Below, piece after piece: positions 43,419 to 58,270 of a stretch of 64,000 nucleotides of DNA (position 1 is the first letter of the stretch; each line of letters begins with the position of its first letter). Source of the stretch: Paraspadella gotoi (lineage: Eukaryota > Animalia > Chaetognatha); the NCBI GenBank assembly GCA_051294375.1, contig CM119268.1, positions 5,107,878 to 5,171,877 on the forward strand. Direction: 5' to 3'. Below the pieces are notes generated by a model. It had not been told where the DNA came from. It did no database searches and saw nothing but the letters and a program-made list of their open reading frames with translations. The translations under genes were made by a program, and so were the position numbers.

Positions 43419-44441
43419 CGGAAAATTGCCAACTCATACATCACTCACTCTCTAGAAGCGTTTTTACATTTCCGTCCAAAAAAGATGATTAATGTGGCGA
43501 AACTTATTTTTTTTATGAAAGTTGGACGTCAATGACTTTTCGTTCTCATTGGAAGGAAAAAGAGGGAATAAAAAGTATTTTTTAATTGTTTAGTTGAATG
43601 AAAAATAAACTGCTTTACCATCGTGTAGATTCATTATTTATTTCCTCTCTCTCTCTCTATCTCTTTCTCTCTCTGTCTCTCTCTCTTTTTCTCTCTCACT
43701 CATTCTCCTACCTTTCCACCGCGAAACGAAAAAGTATTCGCCCTCTTCCGGAAATGAGGGCGACAGACGCGTTGCCAAGGCGCGGATCTCCTTGGCAACG
43801 CGGACGCCGGGCGTCAATATGACGACGACGAAGACGACAAAGACGATGATGACGAAGACGAAAACGACAACTGGAAATACGAAGATATAAAATATGTAAA
43901 ATTTTCACAAATTCAAACCAAAAGCGGAAGAGAAAAATTACAATCAGACACAAAACATAAAAAAATAAGAATAAGAAACGACAACTTAAATGCGTTTACT
44001 TAATTGTACAATATACATTGTACAACGTCTAATGGTTGGTAACTTTCATCTATATGACAAAAAATATGTTTAATTGATTTCCTGACCACGTGAAACAAAC
44101 GTAAAAAACGATGCAATGTTATCGCTTTCATAAGCATGAGAAATAGAAATGGGACAGAAAGACAGACAGACATACCGAACGAGAGTACTCGCGGCACGAC
44201 TAAAGAAACGGTTAAATCGGCTGAAAGGATTTGCCAAGATGATTTGGCTAAAGGCGGTTGAACAAACAAAAAAAGAACGAGAAGAAGAGAGAGAGAGGAG
44301 GAGAGAGAGGAGAGAAGAGAGAGAGAGAGAGAGAGAAGAGAGAGGAGAGAGAGAGAGAGAGAGAGATGGGATCAAACGAAAGGTCAGAAGAGACGCGAGG
44401 TTAAATTGTCGCCTCGAATAGCATCTTCGTCGTCGCCATCT

Positions 44442-44474
<33 letters not shown>

Positions 44475-45007
44475 TTGTCATCCGTGGAAAGCCGGAAAAA
44501 AAAGTGGGCGAAGATTTCGTGAGTTTTTCTTTGCGATTCTTTCCTCTTCTTTTCTTTCTTCACTTTTTAAACTTTTTTACATTTTAAATTTGTCATTAAT
44601 TGATTAAAAATAATCTAAATAAAACGTCGTAACGATTCGCGAAATCATTTCTACGGCCGTCGCAGTTACTTTTTTAAACCCTTGAACGCGATTTACACAT
44701 GTTGGCGCAGCCACTGGTCATTTTGTCTAATCCTCATTTTTTCCCCTATCATATTCTCCCAATCTTATCAAAATTCCTTTTTTTTTCTTATCTCTCCCTC
44801 CCTCTCCCCCCTCACCCTTCTCTCTCCATCTCTCTCTCTCTCCTTCTCTTTCCCCCCCTCCCCCCCCCCAGGTTTCCCACCGCGGTTCATCCTTCGGCGA
44901 CGAAGTCATTAATTTCGACGACGACGACGACGACGACGATGATGACGACGTCGATTACGACGACGACTCTTTCTTTCCGTCGTCGTCCGGAGAACTCATC
45001 ACAAAAA

Positions 45008-45066
<59 letters not shown>

Positions 45067-45509
45067 CTACCAGGTTGGCCCGGGGTCACGGAAAATGGCG
45101 TGGCGTCAAAATCGAACAAGGACGACTTCGCCGCGGCGGAAGAACCAACCAACTCAGGTGGTCACTTTTTCTTTTTAACGTTTTGTTGTTGTTATTTGTT
45201 TTTGTTTTGTTTTTCTTTTGTTTTTCTCCTTTCCCATTCTTCTTTGACTTTCAAATTGAGAAAAACATAATCGTCTTGAGTCAGGTGTTTCCGATCAATA
45301 TGCCTTTCATATATAGTAATGCGATTACCTGGAAACATGAAGTTCGAGGATTGCTAGACAGGGACCTGACGATAATTGTGAATATCATTCAAGTTTAACT
45401 TCTCCTTTAAGGACAAACAGTTTTTGGTATGCAACAACGAATTTTATATTGACATGGAAAGTCGGACATGTTTCGACTCTATCTCGAGAGTCTTCATCAG
45501 CGTTTTAGT

Positions 45510-45543
<34 letters not shown>

Positions 45544-47956
45544 TAGGGAGATTACAACAAAGAATTGAGAAAGGAGAGTGGTCAGATGTGAGGACAGGTG
45601 AAGGTAAGGGCAAGGAAGAAGATAAATTGGTTGAAATTTGAGAGGTGAAAAAATTAAGGGAGAGAGAGAGAGAAATCAGAGGCAGAGAAATAGTTACATT
45701 TGGCAATGTATAACAAAGTAAAAATGGACAAACTTAATGTTAATCGAGTCCGGCTTTCTATGTCAATATAAAATTCGTTGTTCATACCAAAAACTGTTTT
45801 TCCTTAAATTTAAACGCAACGAAAAGAAAGAATCATAACAACTTCTCCTTTTAATTTTTTTGATTTTTTAATTACATGTATTAATTTTTTTCCCATTAAT
45901 CCTCCCTTTTTTTCTTCCTCCTTTCATTACATCCTTTTCTTCTTCCTCATCTTTTCTCTCTTTTTTCCTTCTTCTTCTATAATTTCTTCTTCCTTCTTCT
46001 TCCGCCTACTTTCTTGACCCTCTCCCTTCCTCTCCTTTTCTTCCTTACCCTCATTCCTCCCGTCCACCACCCCCCTACAACCCCACCCTCCACCACCCTC
46101 CTTCCAATCTTACCCCGCCACCCTCCAGGCCAGCCCAGCGTCCTCGACATGGTCAACTCTACCTGCGGCGCCGCCATCGTCGATTGCTCAGGCGACGCCG
46201 CCTGCCGCGCGGCGCTCGTCCGCCTCGAACTCGCCTGTCAAACCGTCGGAGCCGGCGGCGCCTGTCGCGTGGACGTCTGTCGCGCCGCCGCTAGGCGTCT
46301 CTACCGCGGGGGCGCCGACCGGCACCAGAAGGCGTTGGCGTTGTGCCATTGCAGGGAGAACGACGACGACTGTTGGCTGGCCAGAGAATTGGTCCATCCG
46401 CCTTGTCTGGAGAGGAAAGGTAATTTCGTCCTGATTGATGAGCGATGATTGATGAGTAATAATGAGTGATGATGATTAATGATGATTGTTGATTGGTGAT
46501 TGATAATGATCGATGATTATTACGACGACGAAGATGATGATGATGATTGATGATGGATGATGATGTCGACTAACAGAATAGATAGCTTTGCAGATAAAAA
46601 AAAAGGAGACAATTAAATTTTTATTGCGGAAACCGAAATTAAGGAAAGCAATAAAAAGACAAAAACTGAAGGAAAACAAATAAATATCGGGAAAGAAATT
46701 TAAAAAAAAAATTGAATGAGAAAAAAGAAATTTCGGCAAGAGCTATTTTCCAAAAGCGCTCGATTTCTGTTCCTTAATCTTTGAACTTAATTCTAGGCTT
46801 TCTAGCCCTAATATCTAACCCTAATCTTTTTTTAAAACCCATGATATAATCAACCCTAATCCGAAAACTTAATCCCTAATCTACGTATAACTCTAAGCCT
46901 TAATCCTTAACCGAAGTCCTTAATCCTTAGTCTCCAACCCTAATCCCTAACCGAATCCCTAACCTAATCCGTAACCCTTATATCTAACCAAAATCTTTAA
47001 ACCAAAAAAGAATTCAATTCCGAATTTAAGCTTAAATAGGGTAACGAAGGGTAAGGAAGAGAGGAAGAAAGAAAAGTCGATCTGAAAAGAATTAGATTTC
47101 TATTCTTACTCTTCTTTCTTCTTTTCTTTTTTCTCGACTCGTTCCTTTCCTCCTTTTTTCTTATTTCTTTACTTTCCTCACTTTCCGTTTCTTTTTTCTC
47201 GACTCGTTCCTTTCCTCTTTTTTTCATTTCTTTATTTTCCTCACTTTCCTTTTTTTTTCTCAACTCGTTGCTTTCCTCCTTTTTTCTCGTTTTTTTTTAT
47301 TTTCCTCACTTTCCTTCTTTTCTTTTTTCTTGACTTATTCCTTTCCTCCTTTTTCTCGTTTCTTTATTTTCCTCACTTTCCTTTTTTTCTTTTTTCTCAA
47401 CTCGTACCTTTCCTCCTTTTTTATCGTTTCTTTTTTTTCCCTCAATTTCCTTCTTTTCTTTTTTCTCTACTTATTCCTTTTCTCTTTTTCTCCTTCCTTC
47501 TTTTCATAAATGCAGAACAATCTCCGTCATTCTTTACTTCTTTCCCTTTCTTCTTTCCCTTTCAACTTTCCCTTTCTTCTTTCTCTTTCAACTTCCTATT
47601 TCATTTTTCTACTTCTCGATTTCTCTTTCCTCCCTCCCCTCTTCCCTTCTCCTCTCATGCATATTTTCGTCTTCGGTATCTTGACCCAGATTCTCGGTGT
47701 GAAAAGCCTCATTCATCTTAGCGTTGAAACCGCCAGGGGGGGAGATGAGTAGCGGTGGCGGTTGATGGAGAGGCGGTTGATGGAGTGGGGGTTTGATGGA
47801 GAGGCGGTTTGATGGAGCGACGATGATTGGAGCGGAAGTTTATCATTTTTTTACTACACATTTTTTTCTCTTTTTGTCTTTATTTCTCACTTCTCTTCTT
47901 TTTTCTCTCTGTTTCTCTCTTTTTTTTCTCTCTCTGTCACTCTCTCTCTCTCTCCT

Positions 47957-48008
<52 letters not shown>

Positions 48009-49887
48009 TCCTTTTTCCTCTCCTCCTCCTTCTCCTCTTTCTCCTCCTCTTCTTCCCGCCACCCCTTGTTCTTTTTGTTTGTTTCGCCGGTCATTAAATT
48101 CCCGCCATTCGGGAGGGAGCCTTTCCAACGTCCCCTTTCCTTCAAGGGGGGTGTCACCTTAAAGGGAGATTTTACCGGAACCAGAACAAAAACAGAACAA
48201 AAACAAGTACAAGAACATGAAGTAAAACATAATGCGCCACTAAACGCGTAATCGCCAGCTCGCCTTACTTTCTTTGTCGCTAAAAAAACTAAATAACCAG
48301 ATGTGCCAAAATTCAAACCCCACTTAATAGTTACGCCATATTGGCGCCACATTTTTACAGGAGTAAGGCGCCCAAAATATATTTGCTTAGGAAGTAGCTC
48401 TACTTTCAAGATGCTTAGCGCCAAAAAGTTAATGCATAATTAAATATCACCGATTTAAAAAAGTATGGTGCCAAAAAACTTAACACCTTATAAAATAAAA
48501 ATAAAATAAATACAAAAATTAATTAGGTAGAACCGCTTTAAAGGAGTTAAAGCCTCATTAAATAGGACCGCTTTTAAGGAGCAAGGTGCCCATAAGTTAA
48601 CTCCAGTTTAAAAAGCACTGTTTTAAAGGAGCAAGGCGCCCAAAAGTTAAAGACTAATTAAATAAAACCGCTTTAAAATGAGCAAAGCACCCCAAAAGTT
48701 AACTCCTAATTAAATAGCACCTCTTAAAAAAAGCAAGGCGCCCGAGACAGGGTGTCCCTCCAAAAAAAGAGGCGCCCAGAAAAAAAAAAAAAAAGAAGAT
48801 CGACGCCCGAAAGAAAAACTGCGTCGGAGAAAAAATCCTTCGCCCATTTCCAAGATTGATGAGCGAACGGAACAGATTTGAGAAAAGGAGGGAGAAGGAT
48901 TTCGTCGTCGGTATCGTCGTCGTCGTCGTCGTCGTCATCTTTGTCGTTGTCGTCTTTTTTGTAGTCTTCATTGTGGTTTTTTTTTTCATCTTAGTCGGTC
49001 TCGTTGTCATCATCGTAGTTGTCGTTGTTGACGTCATCGTTGGTGGCGTTGTCGGTGTCTTCATCTTCATCATGGTCATCGTCATCATCTTCGTAGCCTT
49101 CGTCGTCGTCTTCATCTTCGTCGTCGTCGTCGTCTTCATCTTCGTCGTCGTCGTCGTCTTCATCTTCGTAGTTTTTGTCTTCTTTGTTCTCATCGGCGTC
49201 GTTGTCGTCATTAATGTTGTTGTTCTCGTCAATGTTGTTGTCATCGTCGTCAGTCAGTAGTCTTCTTTGTTGTCGTCATTATCGTCTTTGTCCAAGTCAT
49301 TTTCGTCGTCGTCGTTGTTTTACTCAGCTTCATCTTCGTCGTCGTCGTCGTCGTCGTCGTCGTCTTTAAGCTCTTCTCCGTGAACAGTTTCATCGTTGTT
49401 GTTTCATTGCCATTTTTTTTCTTCCTTTACCCTGAATGCCTTGGGTGATAACAACAACGACAACGATTTGCGTTGTCTTCTTCCATTTACCTCAATTTAT
49501 TTCGAATTCGGTCTTCGTCTCTGTCGTCGTCGTCGTCTTTTTTAACGTCTTCATCGTGGTGGTCGTCTTTGTCATCATTGTCGTCTTCTTCTTCTTAGTT
49601 ATCGTCGTCGTTGTCGTCATCTTTGTTGTCGTTGTTATCGTCGTCTTCGTCGTCTTGGCTGTTGTTTTTCGTCGTTGTCGTCGTGGACTTTTTTCCCTCC
49701 TTTGTCGTCTTGGTCGTCGTTGTCGTCGTCGTCTTTTTCTTCTTCCCTCTCTTCGTCATCCCCATCGCCGTCTTAGTATTTGTATTATTTATTCAATAAA
49801 TAACAGTACATTAAAAAGTAGCTGAAATTGACTGACGTCAATCTCAATTCTGGTAGACAATTCTTTCTTTCTTTCTTTCTCTCCCTC

Positions 49888-49963
<76 letters not shown>

Positions 49964-50426
49964 TGCCTCTTTTTTGCATTAGGATCAATTTGTCAAAATA
50001 CTGTTTTTGTCTTTGTCATCTTCTTTTAATTGTCATCTTCTTGTAATTTCATAATTTTTTTCTTGATTTTTCTTAATTTTTAGTAATATTTTTTTTAAAT
50101 TCAAAGTCAGCATATTTATCTACTTTTTTCACTTTTTTCAATTTTAATGCTTTTCTCTCGTCGACCGAATTATGGCTCTTTTTTTTTCTTGAGTCTTCTT
50201 TGAAGTAGCGATAATGGAATTTCCTCTCTCTCTCTCTCTATCTCTCTCTCTCTTTCGTTTTTAATAAATTTTTCCTTTCAAACTCTTCTTTTTTTGCGAA
50301 ATTTTCATGCGAAAACAAATTGTTTCCAATTTTGGTTTTCTGCCAAAAGTGGGTTTTCACTTTTTAGATTTTATTTTTTCTATTCGTATTTCATTATTTC
50401 TTTGTTTCTTCCTTCCTCTATCTCTG

Positions 50427-50516
<90 letters not shown>

Positions 50517-51820
50517 TTATTTCCTTTTCTTTACTTAAATTTTTGCTTAGTTTGTGTCAGTTTTTTAAATTTTATTTTCCTTAAATTTATTTAGTGTTTT
50601 ATATTCATTTTCCGCTATCCTGTTATATAAAAAAAATAATATCTGTTTTCCGTTTTGCCTTATTTTTTCAATCTTTTCTTCTTTTTTTTTAACCCATTTT
50701 CTTATCTATTTTTCTGGCGACAACGAGGTTTCACGACGAAGCTTAAAAGTTCCTTCAAGAAAAAAAAGCAAAAACCATTACAATCGCACGATGCGCTTCA
50801 AGGGAACAACCGTTCAAACAAATTCAGTTTCATTTGAAATTGTATTTTCTTCAACTATGTCGCAATAACGACGCAATGATATAATCAATTGACTATGACA
50901 TTTTACTTACAAACATAAAGCTAATAATTAAAAACAGCTGACAAATAAACTGTTTTGCCTCAACACGAGCTACGCTTTAAACTCGGGGTGTGAGTCACAA
51001 ACAGATTAGACAAAGGTGGTGGAGGCTGTAGCGGCGGTGGAGGCGGCGGCGGCGGCGGCGGCGGCGGTGGAGGCGGCGTGACTTGGCGTCGGGTTAAGTC
51101 AAAACTTTGTGGTTGAGAAATAATTTAGTATTTAAATGGTTTGACTTATGGACTTTTTTAAAGTAAAAACCGCTAAATAGCAACCATTTTAATTTATTTA
51201 ATGACAATAGAACTGACAGGACGAAATTATGCTAGAATAAACTTACGACGACGAAGATGACGACGACAGCCATAATTATTTCCCGTCCTAAATTAACGCT
51301 CGTCTTTTGTTTATTGATTTTTTTCTGCTCGTCTTCAAGAGTAGTACCGAAGCGCCCTCTACCATCTAGGAAAAAAGTATATCACATTATTGTTGAAAAG
51401 TTCATTTATTCAATTTATAATATACAAAACATTTGAAAACTTTTGCATTCTTTCTTTTGTCATCTACAATTCTACATGCTTTTTTTTTCTTCTCCCCCTA
51501 TTTTTTCCGCCTATTTCCTTCTTCTTTGTGTCGTTCGCTTTCTCCCTTCGTTTTTTTCATTTCTTTACTTTTCGTTTTTCCTTTTTCTCCCCGTTAAAAT
51601 TTCGCTTTTTTGTTTTCTTTGTTTCAATTTACTTTTCGCATCACAAATGGGAAATCGCGATTCAGTCTGTCTGTCTGTCCGTCTCGTCAGTCCGTCACAC
51701 GCGGAATACTCAAATCGTAGAGGCAGAAAAAAAAGATGTCACCCTAATTGTTCCAAAGGCAAACTCTCCCTCTCTCTCTCCCTCTCTCTCTCTCTACTCT
51801 CTTTTCTCTCTGTTCTCTCT

Positions 51821-51861
<41 letters not shown>

Positions 51862-52483
51862 TCTCCCCCACTTATTTTGCGCCCCCCGGGGTCCAAGACA
51901 AAGAAGAAATGCAAATTAGTTTTTCTTCCGGCGAGAAAATGAGATAAGGCCCGAGGCAATGTCGAAGATCGGGTCAGGTCGAAAAATGGTTGGGTGACCC
52001 GAGGCTGACCCCAAGATCCACCCGAGGCTGACCCCAGCCAAGGTCGACAACGAGGTTGACCCTGGGGCGTTACTATCTTGGTTGATCAATGACCACTGTT
52101 CACTGAACAGAGTTCAGGCTAATCTTGGAGGATAACTTTAAAAGTAAGAAGAAAGAGATCCGAGGTTCATCACTGATAAGAATGTTTAAAAACATTTACA
52201 CGAATGGCGAGATATCAAAATTTAATTTAAATTATTTTTTCCCTAATGTTAATTCAGCTCGATCTCGTGTTTACGTAGACAACAACAAAATAGAAGAGTC
52301 CCAACGACCCAAATCGGCGCAGAAGCATTTCTGCGAGCAGCATTACTGTTCCAGATCGAATATTTGCTGCAATTTTTGCGGCAAATGTGTAGCGTCATCC
52401 AGGATTGAATTTTGGTCTCTCAGTGGATCGGTCGGCTTGCTCCTTCTTTCTTACTCTCTCTTTTTCTCTCTCTCTCCTCTTCT

Positions 52484-52568
<85 letters not shown>

Positions 52569-54676
52569 ACCTTTCTTTCACTTGAAAAAACCCGCTCTTC
52601 ATTGGCTTTTTGCATTCAAAGGATTTCTCGTTTCAGATCGTTGATGAATTCTTAAACGTTTTCTTCTCTCTCCTCCTCAACATTTTTTTCCTCCCTTTCT
52701 CTCCCGCCTTTCTTTCCTTTCTTCCTCCCTTCCTCGATCTTTCTTCCTCCATCCGTCGTGTTCCTCCCTTTCCTCCTTCTACGTATCTCCTTCCTTTTCT
52801 CTCCTCCCTCCATTTTTTCTCCCTCTCTCCCCTTCTTTCTACCTCCCTTCCTTCCTTCCTTCATTTTCTTTGCTTCATTAACTCCCGACGAAAAAATTAT
52901 GTTTCTTCATCATTTCCTCTCATCGAGTTTTTAGCCGCATCTGCTTACAGAAGATTCACTCTGTCGGTCCGTCTGTCCATCCATCTGTCCGTTCGTTCAT
53001 CGGTTCGTCCCCCCTTAGCCTTAAACCCCAATTATTCATGACTGGATGGGGCGATTTACTTTAAATTTTGTGTGTGAGTAAAGACGTACGTGATTGAGGT
53101 GGAAAACAAGTTTTGATGGAATCGTCCGAGTAAAAATGGGTTTAAATGGAGACAACAAAAAACCCGTTTCACTACTTTCGTTATTATGTTTTTTCTTTTT
53201 AAATTGAATATAAACATAACCTGAAACAACTTTAACTACAATAATTAATTGATTAAGTAAATTACTGATCATTATTTAATCAGCTGCTCACCGCTAATGA
53301 TTGAGGGCAGATTCGGTATTGTTTGGTCAAACTGGTTTGAAAAAATTTATCCTCTCCTATTTCCTATTATTTTTCTATTACTCAATTTACTTCTTCTATA
53401 TTTTCTCCTTTATGAATTTGGTACAACCAATATAAAAGTGATCCATTCATTTAATAAATAAACTATCTCGCCCCTAACTTTGGAAAGGCTTTCGTGAGTT
53501 AAGGCTTCCACACTTACAAGATAATACTTAATTGCAAATCAGGACCCAGCAAGTTTTCAATAGAGACGACCTGGTTTTCTTAGCAATGAAATGATATAAT
53601 ATTTCAAAGAATATTTCAATTCAATTATATTCCCTCATGTCTCAGTTTTCATCTTATGTTCATCTAAACCCTTTTTTTTTCTTCCATCGCGTATCTTATT
53701 TTTATTTTAATATTTCCCCCCGATTTTCCTCCCTCTTCTATTTTCCATTTTTCTTTTTCCACTTCCCTTTTTTCTTTCCTCCCATTTTCCTTCCTTTTCT
53801 ACTTTCCATTTTCCATTTTCCACTTCCCTTTTTTCTTTCCTCCCATTTCCTCCCTTTTCTTCTTTCCATTTTCCTTTTTCCACTTCCCTCTTTTCTTTCC
53901 TCCCTTTTTCCTCCTTCTATTATCCATTTTCCTTTTTCCACTTCCCTGCTTTCTTTATTCCCATTTTCCTCCCTCTTCTATTTCCATTTTCCTTTTTCCA
54001 CTTCCCTCTGTTCTTTCCTCCCATTATCCTCCCTCTTTTATTTTTCATTTTCTTTTTCCACTTCCCTCTTTTCTTTCCTCCCATTTTCCTCCCTCTTCTA
54101 CTTTCAATTTTCCTTTTTCCACTTCCCTCTTTACTTTCCTCCCATTTTCCTCCCTTTTCTATTTCTATTTCCTTTTTCCACTTCCCTTTTTTCCCTCCCA
54201 TTTTCCTCCCTCTTCTATTTTCTATTTTCCTTTTTCCACTTCCCTTAATCCTTCCTCCCATTTTCTTCCCTCTTCTATTTTCCATTTTCCTTTTTCCACT
54301 TCCCTATTTTCTTTCCTCCCATTTTTCACTTCAAGGATTCTGAGGAGTTGATAACGCGTTCTTAACGAGGTCGTTCCCCGTTCATCTTCCATTCATTCAT
54401 CGATGATCCATTCATAGCCCAACATGGATTCATTCCTCGTTCATCTTCCATTCATTCATCGATGATCCATTCATAGCCCAACATGGATTCATTCCTCGTT
54501 CATCGTCCATTCATTCCTAGTTCGTCGATCATACATTCTTCGTTTGTCGATCATTCATTTCTCGTTCATCGTTCATTCTTTCCTCGTTCAAAGTCTTTGA
54601 ATTACAAGTTTGCGTTTAATTTGATTTTTTGACGATGTACGATAAATGAGCCAGTAGATTGAGACTTGGTAAAAAT

Positions 54677-54725
<49 letters not shown>

Positions 54726-54863
54726 AAGATTACTACATTTAGAATAAAAGATTTCGCCTCTTATTCCATAACAAGAGAAGAAAAAAGCCGCCAAGAACAG
54801 TCGCTAGAATTATAAAAATATATTTTCTTTCTCTCCATCTCTCTCTTTCTCCCTCTCATACTA

Positions 54864-54895
<32 letters not shown>

Positions 54896-54898
54896 CTC

Positions 54899-54940
<42 letters not shown>

Positions 54941-55764
54941 CTGTCTGCCCTCCCCAAAAAACTGGAAATCCCTCGGAATCTCCCTTTTTATTAGATCCTT
55001 TAAAAAATGGGGAAAAAATGGGGAGACGTGAAGGGAAAGAGGAATAAAGGAATATCTCTCCCTTTATTGTTTGTTTTCTCTGCGCCATTTTGACAGTATG
55101 TACCGGCCATAACGACTTTTTTTCTATTTTCTTTTCATTTCTTTTACCTTTTTTTTTCTTTTCATTTTCTTTTTTTATTTTTTTATTTTTTTTTTCTTTG
55201 TTTTCGTTTCTTATTTTTTTTTATTTTTTTTTATTCTTTTAATTTTGTCTTTTCTTTTCTTTTTTCTTTTATGTTGAGTTCGTTTTATCTTTTCTTTTCC
55301 TTTTTCTTTCTTTTGGTTTTCATTGCATTTTATTTTCTGTTCCTTTTTTTACCATTTCTTTTTTTCTTTTTCTTTTTTTGTAATTGATCTTTTAATTATT
55401 TATTTTCACTTACAATTACAATTTTGTTTTGGTTTTCGTTAATTTCTATTTTTTCTCTCTACCTCTTTTTTTCTTTTCTTCCTTCCCCTTAACCCTCCTC
55501 CAGTTTTAGATTCCATCCACACGCTCTTGTCATAACACGTGATTCCATTTGCTTTTTCGATCCCAACATCGTCTTGGAAGTCACGTGACACAGAGCAGAG
55601 TTTGAAGCCAGGCGCTATTTAAATGGCTGGAGAGAGAGAGAGAGAGANNNNNNNNNNNNNNNNNNNNNNNNNNNNNNNNNNNNNNNNNNNNNNNNNNNNN
55701 NNNNNNNNNNNNNNNNNNNNNNNNNNNNNNNNNNNNNNNNNNNNNNNNNNNNNNNNNNNNNNNN

Positions 55765-55799
<35 letters not shown>

Positions 55800-55936
55800 A
55801 GAGTTTGAAGCGAGGCGCTTTTAAATGGAGAGCGTTGACAAATGAGGTCGCCGTGCTGGGGAAGGGGGGGCGTTTAAAGGGATGTTCTTCAACAGGAGTT
55901 GATGTTGTTGAACGATGCGAGGAATGAATGAGAAAT

Positions 55937-55969
<33 letters not shown>

Positions 55970-56512
55970 TAGAGACGTTCCTCAACAAATTACTTGTTGT
56001 GTCGGTATTTACCCAAAAAAAAGAGAGAATTGTGTTGTTGTTATGTTCTTTGAGCCTTTAAAGAAGAGTCATCTCTTTTGTCAAAAGTTGATTGGTTCTG
56101 CTTCCCCTTATTGTCAGTAGTGATTGGTTCTCCTTTCAAAGGACGTCAGGGTTAATAGTTTTTAGGAAGCAAGTGTTTTTATACATTGGTTTAATTTATT
56201 TTTAATATGACTAAAGTTTATCACTTTGCTATATTTATTTCTGTTTTATCTTTTTTCTTTCCTCTCTTTCCTCCCCCCTATTCTTCTTTTTCCTTTCTTT
56301 CTTTGCCCTCTTCCACCATTTCACAAAGATTCACCTTTTTACCCACAGCGTCACCAGTGACCTCCTCCTCCTCCTTCTCCTCCTCCTCCTCGTCCTCCTC
56401 CGGCGATGACATCCCCAACTGTTCGTCGCTCGAACTTCGATGTCGCGAGGACGACGACTGCAGAGGAAGACTCGACGACTATATCTATGGATGTGCCGAG
56501 GATGTGGAAGGT

Positions 56513-56600
<88 letters not shown>

Positions 56601-56909
56601 ATATTAAAATTACACACACCCGTTTCAAACTTATCTATTGACTGACTCTTCTCCAACCCAAGGGAAATGTCTTCGCTCATCGCGCCGAGGCCTGCGAATA
56701 TCCGCTCATCGGTCTCCTTGGAACGATACTCACCTCGGAATGCACCCTGCGACGACGACGACGACAAACGACGACGCGCGCAGGGGAATCAACATCTGAC
56801 AGACGACGTCAGGTAGAAACGGACGCTTGTCCTTGGAACGGGTCGTTCAACTCAGTTCGTCTGAATGTCCAAGACGGCGCTTTCTTCATTTTAGACAGAG
56901 ACGGAGAGC

Positions 56910-56996
<87 letters not shown>

Positions 56997-58017
56997 GAGA
57001 GCGAGAGAGAGAGAGAGAGGAGAGAGAGAGAAGGAGAGAGAGAGAGAGAGAGAGAAATGAGAGGCCTGAAAATGGAAAAAATAAAATAAGGAAAAAAAAA
57101 GAAACTAAAGGCAAAGAGAATGAGAAGAAAAGATATGAAGAAAGATGTCAGAAATGATAATGACAAAGGAATTAAGGAATAAAGAAAAAGAATAAAAGAT
57201 CAAATAGCAAGCAAATTCGAAAGGATATCAGTTTCTTATCTCATTGGATTACATGATATGATATCGGATGTCGGAAACTTCGGAGAGCGAGCGTCTTCCT
57301 CCGTTTTAGCTTTTATAGTTTATACTATAAATGTATTATTACAACTACTACGGCTACTACTGAATATGTAGCTTTTTCAGTATCAGTGGTTTGTTTGAAA
57401 TCCGTTAACATTGTAAAAATTATCATGCTTTCTTTCACGAGTCTTATTGTGCAGAATACCGGTTCAACTCATATAATTATTTTTTGTAACGACCTCCAAA
57501 CTAGTTAGAACATTCAACCTCATTTTCCAGGAAAATTCATTGCAATGGTCGCGTTTTACAGTTAACAGTTGACAGTTAGTTCTGTGCAGTTTACAAGTTT
57601 ACCAACAACATTCTTTGACAGTTGAATCTTCGTGTATACGTAATATTTACGACATGAAAACAATTTTAAATATTGTTTTACATCTCGCCCCCTTTTTTTC
57701 ACTCATTTTGGCTGACTTATGTATATGTATGGATGATTTGTTTGTTTTCTGTACTGAATCAACCTTGTTGCATTCGAATAAAGCGCTTTATAACATGCTT
57801 CTTCGTAAATTCGTAATCTGATTAAATCATTAAACTTATTCACTCAAATGCGACTCGTAATTTTATTTATCTCCCTCTCTCTCTTTTTCTTTCTTTCTCT
57901 CTTTCTCTCTTTCTCTCTCTCTCTCTCATCTTCTCTCTCTCTCTCTCTCTGTGAATTAAAATTTATAATAGTATTGTTTATGTTGTACTAATATACATCA
58001 ACTCTCTTCTCTCTCGT

Positions 58018-58057
<40 letters not shown>

Positions 58058-58224
58058 GTCTCACGTCCTCTCTCTCTCTCTCTCTCTCTCCACCTTGTCT
58101 TCCAATCGTGCCTGTGCAACTGAAAGACATTCCTTAGCTAATTGAGTAAAAAATAGGGAGAGTCACGCAGTAGCAATTTCAACACGTTGCTTCCGCCTTT
58201 GTTCTGTCTCGTCTCCGACTCTTC

Positions 58225-58270
<46 letters not shown>

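Noticed and set aside
48699-49825. Val/Phe-rich membrane-like and Thr/Lys-rich ORFs
   Set aside because: Degenerate (GTC)n/(GAC)n trinucleotide tract in an intron.
55590-55830. Direct repeat GAGCAGAGTTTGAAGC..GGCGCT.TTTAAATGG flanking a gap as element termini
   Set aside because: The interior is N and (GA)n, so it cannot be distinguished from a local tandem repeat or a scaffolding overlap.
56813-56900. Extending exon 8 to read ...SSSECQAAFLHFKT as the end of domain 3
   Set aside because: Needs a frameshift and has no GT donor. The AG|GTAGAA donor joins exon 9 in phase and supplies the last two Cys.
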